Below are positions 18,440-28,190 of a DNA stretch of 64,000 nt, piece by piece. Under the pieces are notes generated by a model, which saw only the letters and a program-made list of their open reading frames with translations, did not search any database and was not told the DNA's origin. The first letter of the stretch is position 1. Each line of letters begins with the position of its first letter. A program made the translations under genes and the position numbers. Source of the stretch: an uncultured Nitrososphaerota archaeon (GTDB taxonomy: Archaea; Thermoproteota; Nitrososphaeria; Nitrososphaerales; Gagatemarchaeaceae); contig OY969807.1 of assembly GCA_963703285.1 (NCBI GenBank), forward strand, positions 160,001 through 224,000, in the 5' to 3' direction.

Positions 18440-20332
18440 CTAGATTCTCTCGACCGTCTCGATTCCGCAGAGCCCGAGGACGTCCTTCAGCTCCGCCGCG
18501 AACCCTTCCACCAGCGCCAGCCTCGCCGCCTTTATGCTCGGGTCGGGCTCCCTGTTGACCTGAACCGTCTCGTAGAACTCGTTGAACACTGAGCAAATCC
18601 TGTGCGCATACCTAGCTACCTCCTTGGGGTTCAGATAATCCCCCGCTTCGATGACCGACTTGTCGTACATCGAAAGGAGCTTTACGAGCTCGACCTCCTT
18701 CGGGCTGTTCAGGTGCGCGGCGCTCTCCTCGTCTATAGATGGAGCCATCCCCGCCTTCGAGAGGATGCGCCTCGCCCTCGCGTAGCTGTACAACAGGTAG
18801 GGCCCTGTCTCGCCCTGAAGTTCGAGGGCCGAGTCCATGTCGAAGACGATCATCTTGTCCGGGTCCTGCTTCAGCAGCTCGAACCTGAACGCGGCGATCG
18901 CCAGGCACTCGGCTACCTCCTCGACCCAGGCCTCCGAGTCCTCGGGGTTCCGCTTCCTAGTCTCCGCCGCGGCCTTTTTCCGCAGGGCTTCCAGCACGAC
19001 GTCGACGTTGATGTAGACGCCCTTACGTCCCTGCATGTGGATGAACTCTTTCTCGGTCTGGACGCCTAGGGACTCCGCCGACTTCTTGGAGAGTGCGACG
19101 ACCTCGTACCCACGGTGAAGGTACCTGCCACGCTTGCTGGGATCCATCATCTCGAGGACCCTCCCGACAATCTTCTGGAGCCTGCTCTGTCTCGTATCTA
19201 TGACAGAGATTGCCGAGTCGGCCCCCCAGAACCTTGGATGCTCGGGCCTGCTGGGCCCGGTCGTCGTGGTCCAGAGGTCCCCCGAACCGGGCTGACTACT
19301 GTAGACCTCGTACCCGAAAGGGTCGTCGATGAGGCCCACCTTCCACGCCGCGTAGGGTATGTCCTTCGAGACGTAGACCGCGGTGCCGTCGGACCTCACG
19401 AGGACCTTCTCGTCCCCGGCCTCGGCGTCCTTGATCACCCAGCAGCCCGCGTTCTCCCCTTCGGTCTCGAATACAGCTATCCCTTCCTCCTTTAGCTTGC
19501 CGAAGAGCGTTTCCCACATGCCCGTCTTCAGGATGTGGGATTCCCAGTTGAGGAGATCGTACCGCGCCCCGAGCCTCCAGCAAGTCTTGAGTTGGTCGGC
19601 CAGGATTCTGAGCACCACCCCGTGGGCGAAGTCGCTTATCTCCCCACTTCCCCGCTCGATCTCCTTGAGGACGAGCCTCTGCTTTTCCTTGAGAGACGGG
19701 TCCTCCTCGTACATCCTGTTCACGCCCGTGTAGACGGTATCGCCGGCGTAGGTATCGAACTTCACGCCAGCTGGCGCCTTGTCACTGAAGCCCAGAAACC
19801 TCATCCCCACGATCACGTCAGCGACCTGCGCGCCAGAGTCGTCGATGTAGTTCAGCACCTGGACGGAGTTGCCCAGCTTCCTCATTATCCTCGCAAGCGA
19901 GTCCCCGAGCACTAGGTTCCTCGCGTGTCCGATGTGGAGAGACTTGTTTGGGTTCACGTTCGTGTGCTCGATCAGGACGCGCTTGCTTTCGAGTCCGAAG
20001 GGGCCGATGCCGCCGAGCGCCTGGGAGAGGGCACCGAACGCGAACCTTTGCCAGTTCAGCGTGAAGTTCAGATAACCAGAGCTATGAGCCTTGACCGAGG
20101 CGGTCAGGCGGAGGTTTCCGGCCGCGTTGATGGACCTCTCGAGTTCCTCGGCGATGGAAGCGGGCGGTCTCTTGGCTTGCCTCGCCAACTGCAGGGCGAC
20201 TGCGCACGACAGGTCGCCGAGGCCCTCCTTGTTCGGGACGAGAAGCTCGATCCGAGAATCGGGATAGCCCATCTCCCGCAGGGCACCCTCTATCGCCGCC
20301 CGGACTTCTTCCTCGAACTCCCTGAAGATCAA
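18440..20332 (-). CDS. argS: Arginyl-tRNA synthetase (probable TTG start at 20332)
   Basis: EHTNVNPNKSLHIGHARN (HIGH), RSDGT..Y..KD, GETGPYLLYSYARA, DALR-type C-terminus. Confidence 0.96.
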   Translation of the reverse strand: MIFREFEEEVRAAIEGALREMGYPDSRIELLVPNKEGLGDLSCAVALQLARQAKRPPASIAEELERSINAAGNLRLTASVKAHSSGYLNFTLNWQRFAFGALSQALGGIGPFGLESKRVLIEHTNVNPNKSLHIGHARNLVLGDSLARIMRKLGNSVQVLNYIDDSGAQVADVIVGMRFLGFSDKAPAGVKFDTYAGDTVYTGVNRMYEEDPSLKEKQRLVLKEIERGSGEISDFAHGVVLRILADQLKTCWRLGARYDLLNWESHILKTGMWETLFGKLKEEGIAVFETEGENAGCWVIKDAEAGDEKVLVRSDGTAVYVSKDIPYAAWKVGLIDDPFGYEVYSSQPGSGDLWTTTTGPSRPEHPRFWGADSAISVIDTRQSRLQKIVGRVLEMMDPSKRGRYLHRGYEVVALSKKSAESLGVQTEKEFIHMQGRKGVYINVDVVLEALRKKAAAETRKRNPEDSEAWVEEVAECLAIAAFRFELLKQDPDKMIVFDMDSALELQGETGPYLLYSYARARRILSKAGMAPSIDEESAAHLNSPKEVELVKLLSMYDKSVIEAGDYLNPKEVARYAHRICSVFNEFYETVQVNREPDPSIKAARLALVEGFAAELKDVLGLCGIETVERI

Positions 20333-20440
20333 ACTCTCTTTCCCGTCTCTTCGCCTGACGGCTGATAAGGTCTTCGCGACTGACGTGGGTTCAAACGTGG
20401 TTGCTGTAATTTCGGGCTCAACCACTGCGCGTGGTCAAGG

Positions 20441-20448
20441 ATTAATAG
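20441..20448. promoter_or_regulatory. TATA box, probably bidirectional (tRNA-Arg / argS leader)
   Basis: ATTAATAG about 30 nt upstream of the tRNA 5' end. Confidence 0.5.
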
Positions 20449-20471
20449 ACCGCGACCGTGAGGCGCCAAGC

Positions 20472-20613
20472 GGGCCCGTAGCCTAGACCATTCGTTTGAG
20501 GGGAAGCATGCGCGCGCAAAGCATGCTACTCACAAATACGGATTAGGGCGTCAGCCTCCGAAGCTGAAGAGCGTTCTCAGAGACCGTGGGTTCAAATCCC
20601 ATCGGGCCCGCCA
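20472..20613 (+). tRNA. tRNA-Arg(CCG) with a ~50-nt D-loop insertion and a 13-nt 45/46 intron; CCA encoded
   Basis: Acceptor GGGCCCG/CGGGCCC; TCAGC-CTCCGAA-GCTGA; BHB CTGA-AG|A...TCAG-AG|A bounds 20570-20582. Confidence 0.88.
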
Positions 20614-20726
20614 TTTTCCCCACCAGTTGCTCGACCAGTTGTAATCTCCGGAGAACCTCATGGCTGTAACTCACGCCTCCCCTTGAGGGTTCCGCACCTA
20701 TGCGGCTGGCGTAGGTACGTCCTTCC

Positions 20727-21182
20727 TTAGCCGCAGCTGACGACGACCATGGCGCTGTTCGGCTGCGTCAGAACCGTAGAGTTGGCCGGCGCACCCTGGA
20801 TCGCTATGCTCCCCCCGGGTGCGGTCAGGTGATAGGCGATGGCTGTCGAGGAACCAGGATACGGGGGGACCGTGGTCACCGGGGTGATGGTAAGACAGGA
20901 CAGACTAGCAGGCACCGTCGCGGTCGTGCCTCCCTCGGGGCAGCCGATGTAGTACTCGGACGATAGGTGGTGGATTATGCCCGTGGTAGAGACGTCAACA
21001 TCACTCCCGCTCTTCGTAGCTGTGATGCAGGCGTAGTGCAAACCGCCCGAAGACGGGATGGCGCCCGCCGCCGCGACTGTCACGCCAACAGCGAGGATGA
21101 CGATGAACAGTATGAGATAGCCGCTCGACCACAGCGATTTCCCCTTTCTGGGCGGTGCAGTCTCCTGAGCCTCGACGTTCAT
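20727..21182 (-). CDS. Hypothetical membrane-anchored/secreted protein
   Basis: N-terminal TM; Thr/Ser-rich body with 4 Cys. Confidence 0.7.
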   Translation of the reverse strand: MNVEAQETAPPRKGKSLWSSGYLILFIVILAVGVTVAAAGAIPSSGGLHYACITATKSGSDVDVSTTGIIHHLSSEYYIGCPEGGTTATVPASLSCLTITPVTTVPPYPGSSTAIAYHLTAPGGSIAIQGAPANSTVLTQPNSAMVVVSCG

Positions 21183-21312
21183 GCTGCGGGTTGCCCGTCA
21201 ACCTGTGAACCCGTATAAGCGTGCCGGACGCCGCGTTCTTTAGCGGGTTCCTCCCTGAACAAAGGTAGTCATTGATGACTTAAATATTCACCATCACCGC
21301 CCAGAGAATGAC

Positions 21313-21582
21313 ATGTGGTTCATCACCCTAGTCAAACTGCGGAAAGCTCCGACCATGCAAGAGTCCGAGGCCATGAACAAGATGATGATGGAGGCTGCCG
21401 AGAAGATGGGCATCAAGATTCATCAAGGTTTCATGACCCTCGGAAGGTACGACTCGGTATGGATCTCGGAGGCTCCCGACATCAGCGGGCCTATGAAGAT
21501 GTCGATGATGGGAGCAGACTCCGCAGCATCCGAAACCCTCGTCGCGGTCTCATACGAAGACGCGATGAAGTGGATGAAGTAG
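21313..21582 (+). CDS. GYD domain protein
   Basis: TLGRYDSV..SEAPD...SETL; TTAAATA box upstream. Confidence 0.88.
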   Translation: MWFITLVKLRKAPTMQESEAMNKMMMEAAEKMGIKIHQGFMTLGRYDSVWISEAPDISGPMKMSMMGADSAASETLVAVSYEDAMKWMK

Positions 21583-21689
21583 AACGCGACAGCGTTCTAC
21601 CTCCCTTTATTTTCGCACAGCCTGCCGAATCGCAGGACGCCCCCTAGCTCGATTGTAAGCCCGGGTTCGCAACCCCCTGAGAGGTTACC

Positions 21690-22260
21690 CTGACAGAAGC
21701 TGACCAGCCTTGGCGGCCGAGGCCGCGGATCGAGTCTCTATCCGACATGATTTTCGGTCTCGCGCTCTCGGTCGGGGCCATCACGCTCGTGAGTAGCCCT
21801 CCGACCACCGCCTCCGCCACCTACGGCGACCTGGCGACGTTCGGCTTCATCGAGCCCTTCCTCTTCAACATCGTGCGGAGGGTCCCCCCTGGCGTCATCA
21901 ACACTGGCGGCTGAGAACGCCACCTCGACGCTCTATTCGCTCGACCTCGCTGCGATGATGATAAGCTTCGGTTTCTTCACATTCTGCGTTGCCGCTGAGG
22001 AGAAGCGGCTGATCCCGAAGGAGCTCGTGAGGGAGTTCCAGCGCGAGACGACCACCCGGTTCATATCGGGTAGCACCTTCCTCGTGACGGCGCTACCGTT
22101 CTTCTTCAACCACTAGGTCGGCGGGCTCCCGCTGAGGTACGCTCTCTGGTTCGCCCCGATGCTATTCATCGGGGGTACCCGCTGGTACCAGCGGATATCC
22201 GCAGGATTCGAAGCGGTGAATCCCGCCGAGCGGGGGCCGCACAAGCAGATCGGAAGACCG
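21690..22260 (+). pseudogene. Decayed TMEM175/DUF1211 family K+ channel-like gene
   Basis: RIESLSDMIFGLALSVGA motif followed by an internal deletion, a frameshift and in-frame stops. Confidence 0.65.
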
Positions 22261-22269
22261 AATAGCTGC

Positions 22270-23214
22270 TTAGGTACCTTCTCTCGGGCGCCTGCGGGCC
22301 TGCCTTATTCCTTGGGGCCTGAAGATGGGCGTCCCCTCCTCCGGCCGTGAGACGATCTCCCTGAACTCGTCGTAGAGCTCCCTCGTGATCGGACCCACCC
22401 TCCCGGTCCCTATCTTCCTTCCGCTTACCGTTCCCACTGCTGCGAGTCCGAGGAGCGTACCCGTGAAGAACGCCTCTTCTGCGGTGTAGAGGTCGAACGG
22501 GGTGACATCGCGCTCCGACAGCTGGTACTTCAGATCCCGGCAGAGCTTCATGACCCGGGCCCTCGTAATCCCGTGGAGTATCCCCGCCGACGACGGGGGC
22601 GTGAAGATGGCCCCTTCCTTGACGAGGAAGATGTTCATCGTGGACCCCTCCGATACGAACCCCCTGTGGTCAAGCAGTATCGGGTAGTCCACCCCCGCCC
22701 GATTCGACTCGAGGACCGCCATGACGCTGTTGAGGTAGTTCAGCGACTTTATCTCGTGCGAGGTGGAGTCGACAGGGTCTCTCCTGACCGACGTGATGAT
22801 GGTGGAGACGACCCTGGGGTCCTTCGAGAACGTCGAAGTCGAGACCTGCTCCGCTATGACGAACACGCCGCTCTCCTTGCACGACCTCGGGTTGACGCTC
22901 ATGTCGCCTACCCCTCTTGTGACCACGAGCCTGATGTAGGCGTTCTGGAAGTTGTTCCTCCTAAGCGTCTCGGTCACCGTCTCGACCATCTGCTCCCTCT
23001 CCATCGGGATCGTCAGCTCGATGCAGCCGGCAGACTGGAAGAGCCTGTCCACGTGCTCCTTCAGCTTGAAGACGTAGCCGTCGAACGCCCTTATGCCCTC
23101 GAAGACGCCGTCGCCGTACAGAAGACCGTGGTCGAAGACCGAGACCTTGGCCTCGGAACTGGGAACGAACGCTCCGTTCAGGTAGACTAGGGGCTCCTTT
23201 TGCACGGGGTACAT
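22270..23214 (-). CDS. ilvE: Branched-chain amino acid aminotransferase
   Basis: HGLLYGDGVFEG, KSLNY, EGSTMN and ILHGITR motifs. Confidence 0.95.
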   Translation of the reverse strand: MYPVQKEPLVYLNGAFVPSSEAKVSVFDHGLLYGDGVFEGIRAFDGYVFKLKEHVDRLFQSAGCIELTIPMEREQMVETVTETLRRNNFQNAYIRLVVTRGVGDMSVNPRSCKESGVFVIAEQVSTSTFSKDPRVVSTIITSVRRDPVDSTSHEIKSLNYLNSVMAVLESNRAGVDYPILLDHRGFVSEGSTMNIFLVKEGAIFTPPSSAGILHGITRARVMKLCRDLKYQLSERDVTPFDLYTAEEAFFTGTLLGLAAVGTVSGRKIGTGRVGPITRELYDEFREIVSRPEEGTPIFRPQGIRQARRRPREGT

Positions 23215-23319
23215 CCCCGGGCCCGATAGAAATGCGTTGCTCTCCGTCGGATCCCGCGAGCCACCCTCTTCCTCCCCTAGAAATTAATACGGCTCGGCTG
23301 GTCGGATGCCCGCCCCGAT

Positions 23320-24282
23320 ATGGACGGCCATACAATAGGCATCTTCGGAAGCAATCCGGGTCAGAAGATCCGGCTGATGTCGGCCATCGGAAAGAAGAGC
23401 GAGGTCGAAGGGATCATTGTCTATCACAAGAACGAGGCGGGGAAGAGGTACTCTCTGCTTGACGACTCCCAGTACCCCGAGAGGATCCAGGGCTGCTCGA
23501 GGATTGCATCGATCTGCGATTATGCCTATTATCTCATGCCTCCGGGCGGCAGGCTCACACCGCCCGACGGCGAGATCGCCGTGCTCCTAGATACCTACGG
23601 ACTCCCGGGGACTGTCGTGATAATCGACGGCGCCGCGCCTCCGGACGCCGCCAGGTCCGCCTTCAAGGGATTGAAGCTGGCGGACTATCCCATAGATCAG
23701 AGGGCGGGTGACTCGTCGATCATCGACCTCTCCAAGATCGGTCCTTCTCCCAACTCGCCCCCCTCTGGGACGCTCATCTACATCGACCGGGCGTTCAGCG
23801 TGAAAGGGGTCGGGACGGTCGTCCTCGGTTTCGTACTCGGCGGCAAGGTCTCCGTACACGACAGGCTGCGGGCGGTACCCACGTCGCCTGAGAAGACCGT
23901 CGAAGTCAAGGGGATACAGGTGAACGACGAGGACTACGAGAGCGCAGGAGAGGGCATAAGGGTGGGTCTTTCCCTCAAGGGTGTGGATGCCAAGGAACTC
24001 GACAAGGCCGCCTGGCTGGACGACGGTTCGTTCAGGCTCACGGACAGCCCCCGCTTCCGGTTCTCTCGAACGCCCTACTACAGGCAGGAAATCGGAGGGC
24101 GCGACCTACACGTCCAGCTTCCCGGAGAGATGATGCCTGCGAGCATCAAGCCTGCCCAACCCGACGCCTTCACCGCGGCGCTCCTCAGCCCGGTCCCCGT
24201 CTGGGACGGGATGCGGATGGCGATCGTCGACCTGAACGGGAAGAACCTCAGAATTGCCGGCGGCGGAACGGTCGGCGCCTAA
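23320..24282 (+). CDS. SelB-like / EF-Tu domain 2 protein with degenerate GTPase domain
   Basis: IDRAFSVKGVGTVVLG, VKGIQ, G.RVGLSLKG, LRIAGGG; no GxxxxGKT. Confidence 0.8.
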   Translation: MDGHTIGIFGSNPGQKIRLMSAIGKKSEVEGIIVYHKNEAGKRYSLLDDSQYPERIQGCSRIASICDYAYYLMPPGGRLTPPDGEIAVLLDTYGLPGTVVIIDGAAPPDAARSAFKGLKLADYPIDQRAGDSSIIDLSKIGPSPNSPPSGTLIYIDRAFSVKGVGTVVLGFVLGGKVSVHDRLRAVPTSPEKTVEVKGIQVNDEDYESAGEGIRVGLSLKGVDAKELDKAAWLDDGSFRLTDSPRFRFSRTPYYRQEIGGRDLHVQLPGEMMPASIKPAQPDAFTAALLSPVPVWDGMRMAIVDLNGKNLRIAGGGTVGA

Positions 24283-24289
24283 CGCGTCG

Positions 24290-24598
24290 TCAGGCCTGTC
24301 TCAGCGTCTCTTCGAGCTTCTTGAAACTGATCTCGAGGGTGTTCATGCGCTTGTCCATCGAGTCCATGCGTATGGAGACCCCTGACTTCATGGAGTTGAT
24401 GTCCGACCTCATGGCGCTCAGCTCCGTCTTCAGGTTGGCGAACTTGGCCCCCTGGTCCTCCAGCATCGAGTCCGACTTGGAGTTGGCCTCCGCCCGCGTG
24501 CTTCTGATAAGCTCTTCGACCCGCTTCACCTGAGCCTGCGTCTCCGCGATCTGCGCATCCAGCTTCTCCAGCGCGGACTGAATCCTCGGGAGCGACAT
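24290..24598 (-). CDS. Coiled-coil hypothetical protein
   Basis: Heptad pattern; TATA-like TTATATA upstream. Confidence 0.65.
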   Translation of the reverse strand: MSLPRIQSALEKLDAQIAETQAQVKRVEELIRSTRAEANSKSDSMLEDQGAKFANLKTELSAMRSDINSMKSGVSIRMDSMDKRMNTLEISFKKLEETLRQA

Positions 24599-24735
24599 CT
24601 CCCTAGTACCTGACGATTTTCTCTATATAAGGTTCTGTTGGCAGGTCGCCCCGGTCGGGCGAAGCTCGGGACTTCGGCATCCGGCGGTCCTCCCCCTTCC
24701 CCGCCTCCAAGCTCCACAGCAGCCGCTTCGTCACT

Positions 24736-25122
24736 TCACTCCTCGAAGACCTCGATCTCTGTGCTCTTCCTGACGAAGTTGGAGAACTTCCCCTTGAAGG
24801 TCGTCGCCTTGACGTGGGCGTCGTCTATGAAGTGGTACTCAACGTAGGGCGGGAGCTTGCGGGGCTTGTTCAGGATCAGCTGATGGTACCTCACGCCGTG
24901 CCTCTTGAGCCAGTCCCTTGTTGCCTCCTCGTGCTCGTCGGTGCGCGCCGTGAAGAAGCAGATGTAGTTTCCCTCGTCGTAGAGCTTGTTTATCGCGCTT
25001 ATCGAGTCGTTGAACGGCCTCGCGTGCCTCATCTTCTCGGCGCCGAGTTCGTTGGGGACGTTCTCGCATATCGTCCCGTCGATGTCTATGATGAATATCT
25101 TCAACCGCGCTGGCCCCGCCAA
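24736..25122 (-). CDS. HAD-superfamily phosphatase-like protein
   Basis: IIDIDGT, FFTAR, KPR and FIDD motifs. Confidence 0.85.
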   Translation of the reverse strand: MAGPARLKIFIIDIDGTICENVPNELGAEKMRHARPFNDSISAINKLYDEGNYICFFTARTDEHEEATRDWLKRHGVRYHQLILNKPRKLPPYVEYHFIDDAHVKATTFKGKFSNFVRKSTEIEVFEE

Positions 25123-25911
25123 CTATGCGGACGGCTTCACGGAGGCGATCTGGAGGTTCTCGAAGAGCACCTTCCTCATCAGCTCCGCCATCTTCAACGG
25201 GTCTTGGTGCTGCCAGACGTTCCTGCCCACCGCGATGCCCGTCGCGCCAGCGTCGGCTGCTCCCCTCACCTGGGCGAGGAACGCGTCATCCGTTGCGGCC
25301 TTCGGCCCCCCGGACATGAAGACCTTGACCTTGCCCGCCGACCTCACAGCCCATGCGAACGACTGGCTGTCTCCCGTGTACTTTATCTTCGCGGCGTCCG
25401 CGCCCAGCTCCAGAGCCGTCCTGGCTGCGTAGGAGACGACCTCCCTCGACGTGTCGTTCTGCACCGCGGCGCCCCTCGGGTAGACCCACGCAATCGCGGC
25501 GAGCCCACTCTCGTGTGCTTCCTCCTGGATCGCGCCGAACTCCTTGAACATGTCCGCCTCGAAGGCACTCCCCAGGTAGATGGTGTAGCCGATGGCCCTC
25601 GCGCCCAGCGAGACCGCGTACTCCACCGAACAGTTCTGCTTGGCGTTCGGCTCCCCCTTCGAGAGGCTCGACTTGCCGTTCACCTTCACGATGAGGGGGA
25701 CCTTGCCGTCGTAGTAACGCTCGGCGACGCCCTTCTGGAGCGCGAGCCCGTTGAACCCGCCCTTCGACGCTATCTCGACTATGAAGGACGGGTCGACGTT
25801 CCTGTTGTCAAAGTCCACCGACGGCCCATGCTCAAGGCCTTGGTCGTATGCTAGGATGAGGCTCTTCCCTTCCTTTAGGAAGACGCCCATGAGGTCGTTC
25901 TTGCCCGTCAA
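25123..25911 (-). CDS. fba: Class I (DhnA-type) fructose-bisphosphate aldolase
   Basis: LAYDQGLEHGP, W.YPRG, ELGADAAK.KY, SGG.K and VGRNVWQ motifs. Confidence 0.92.
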   Translation of the reverse strand: MTGKNDLMGVFLKEGKSLILAYDQGLEHGPSVDFDNRNVDPSFIVEIASKGGFNGLALQKGVAERYYDGKVPLIVKVNGKSSLSKGEPNAKQNCSVEYAVSLGARAIGYTIYLGSAFEADMFKEFGAIQEEAHESGLAAIAWVYPRGAAVQNDTSREVVSYAARTALELGADAAKIKYTGDSQSFAWAVRSAGKVKVFMSGGPKAATDDAFLAQVRGAADAGATGIAVGRNVWQHQDPLKMAELMRKVLFENLQIASVKPSA

Positions 25912-25969
25912 GCATCGTCACGCAACAGCTTTATCCCCTGCACGGGATATTTAAGAGTGCAGCGACAAT

Positions 25970-26866
25970 TTGACGAATCTGGATGATTACCTCAGAGATT
26001 ATACGCCGTCGGACCTAGCGAGGCTGCTGTCCAACGTCGCGGCCACGAGCGTCCAGGTCAGGCGCGCGTTCCCTTTCACCACCAAGCTGACGAGGGAGGT
26101 GAATCCGTCTGGCGAGAGGCAGACCGAGATAGACGTCTACGCGAACGAGCTGTTCGCGTCATCCCTCCTCGCGACGGGACTCGTAGCAGAGGTGGCATCC
26201 GAGGAGATGGCCGAGCCGAGGAGAGGACCGGGAAGGGTACACGTCGCGATGGACCCGCTCGATGGCTCTTCGAACATCGCGACGAACAACCCGCTCGGGA
26301 GCATTTTCGGATTCTACTCCTCCGCCCTCCCCTGCTCAGGCGAGCGACTGGTCGGGTCGGCGTTCGTCACCTATGGGCCGATGCTGACACTCACCTTCAC
26401 CATGGGCTCGGGGGTCAAGACCTTCGTCGCGACGGAGGGCGGAGAGGGCAACCCGTTTGTTCTCATGGAAGACGACGCCAGGATTCCGGCCGAGCCGGAG
26501 GTCTACGGCCTGGGGGGAGAGAGGCAGGACTGGATAGCGCCCGTCGAGCAGTTCGTCACGTCTTTGGAGCGCCGCGGCCTCAAGCTGCGCTACGGAGGGA
26601 CGTTCGTGGGGGACTTCAACCAGGTGCTGAGGCGTGGCGGCATCTTCGCCTATCCGGCGCTCAAGCACAAGCCCCGCGGCAAGCTCCGCGTCCTGTACGA
26701 AGCCGCTCCCATGGCCTTGATTACCAGGGACGCTGGGGGTCGGGCCTCGGACGGCCGCCGTGACGTCCTCTCCATCACACCGGCGGCCCTCGCCGAGACG
26801 ACGCCCCTCTACCTAGGCTCTCCGGGGCTGGTGAACGAGGTCGAGTCCTTGATCGCTCGGTCCTAG
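25970..26866 (+). CDS. fbp: Class I fructose-1,6-bisphosphatase
   Basis: SEE, DPLDGSSN, LRYGG..VGD and GKLRVLYE motifs. Confidence 0.93.
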   Translation: MTNLDDYLRDYTPSDLARLLSNVAATSVQVRRAFPFTTKLTREVNPSGERQTEIDVYANELFASSLLATGLVAEVASEEMAEPRRGPGRVHVAMDPLDGSSNIATNNPLGSIFGFYSSALPCSGERLVGSAFVTYGPMLTLTFTMGSGVKTFVATEGGEGNPFVLMEDDARIPAEPEVYGLGGERQDWIAPVEQFVTSLERRGLKLRYGGTFVGDFNQVLRRGGIFAYPALKHKPRGKLRVLYEAAPMALITRDAGGRASDGRRDVLSITPAALAETTPLYLGSPGLVNEVESLIARS

Positions 26867-28116
26867 GGCCAGAGCCCCAGCGTCTTGACAGCTTCGGCGA
26901 CCCTGCCCACGCCGACGATGAGTGCTCCGGTCCTCATGGAAACCCCGTGCTTCTTCGCCTCTTGGTGGACCCCCTTGAAGGCTGAGGTAATCTTTGCTTC
27001 CAGGTTCGAGTTCACCTCTTCCTCGGTCCAGTACAGCCTCTCCAGGTTCTGAACCCACTCTAGGTAGCTCACGATGACCCCGCCCGAGTTGGCCAGGATG
27101 TCCGGGATTAGGAAGACGCCGTTCGAGTCCAGGACCCTGTCGGCCTCCGGCGTCGTGGGACCGTTGGCGCACTCCGCGATGATTTTGGCCTTCACGCCCT
27201 TGGCGATGTCCTTGGTGATCGCGTTCTCGAGTGCGGCCGGGCACAGTATGTCGCACTCGCTCTCGAGGAGCTCTTCGTTGCTTATCGGCTCGGCTCCCGC
27301 GAAGCCGACGACGGAACCTCCCTTCTCCTTGTGCGCCAGGACCTTCTTCGCGTCGAGGCCCCTCTTGTTGTAGATGCCTCCCTGGGAGTCGCTTGCGGCG
27401 ACGACCTTCGCTCCCATCTGCTCCACTATCAGGGCGTAGTTCGCTCCCGCGTTGCCGAAGCCCTGGACCGCTACGGTGGCCCCCTTGAGCGGGACCTTGG
27501 TGACCTTCGCGGCGTCCCTCGTGCAGAACGCGGCGCCCCTCCCGGTCGCAGTGTCCCTCCCGAGCGACCCCCCGAGGGCGACCGGCTTCCCCGTGACCAC
27601 CCCGGGGACGGAGTGCCCCTTCATGAGGCTGTACGTGTCAAGTATCCAAGCCATCACCTGCGAGTTCGTGTAGACGTCGGGCGCAGGGATGTCCTGGTCC
27701 GGCCCTATGATGCCGGATATGGCGACAGTGTACCTGCGAGTAAGCCTCTCTATCTCATCCTGCGACATATGCTTCGGGTCGCAGATCACGCCCCCCTTGG
27801 CGCCTCCGAACGGTATGTCGGCGACGCTGCACTTCCAGGTCATCCAGGCCGAGAGCGCCTTGACCTCGTCCAGCGTCACCCCCGGATGGTACCTGATTCC
27901 GCCCTTGAACGGACCCCTCGCGTCGTTGTACTGGACCCTGTAGCCCGTGAAGACGCGAGTGTTCCCGTCGTCCATCTTCACCGGCAGCGAGACCGTGAGG
28001 ATCCGCTTGGGTTGTCGGAGGAAGTCCCTTACGCCCGGCTCGAGCTTCAGATACTCTCCTGCGATGTCGAGCTGTTCCAGGACGTTGTCAAAGGGATTCG
28101 GATTAGACTTGCTCAT
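26863..28116 (-). CDS. gdhA: Glutamate dehydrogenase
   Basis: GPFKGGIRYHP, GGAKGG, PAPDV, QGFGNAG and ANGP motifs. Confidence 0.97.
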   Translation of the reverse strand: MSKSNPNPFDNVLEQLDIAGEYLKLEPGVRDFLRQPKRILTVSLPVKMDDGNTRVFTGYRVQYNDARGPFKGGIRYHPGVTLDEVKALSAWMTWKCSVADIPFGGAKGGVICDPKHMSQDEIERLTRRYTVAISGIIGPDQDIPAPDVYTNSQVMAWILDTYSLMKGHSVPGVVTGKPVALGGSLGRDTATGRGAAFCTRDAAKVTKVPLKGATVAVQGFGNAGANYALIVEQMGAKVVAASDSQGGIYNKRGLDAKKVLAHKEKGGSVVGFAGAEPISNEELLESECDILCPAALENAITKDIAKGVKAKIIAECANGPTTPEADRVLDSNGVFLIPDILANSGGVIVSYLEWVQNLERLYWTEEEVNSNLEAKITSAFKGVHQEAKKHGVSMRTGALIVGVGRVAEAVKTLGLWP

Positions 28117-28190
28117 GCGGCGGGCGCGCTGCGTATTTTATTTAGGGGTTTCGAACATTCGTCCATTTCTTCCACGATTGTGGAATTTAT

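Noticed and set aside
20360-20420. Possible C/D box sRNA (TGATAA...CTGA)
   Set aside because: C' and D boxes are poor and no guide target was identified; kept only as the argS leader finding.
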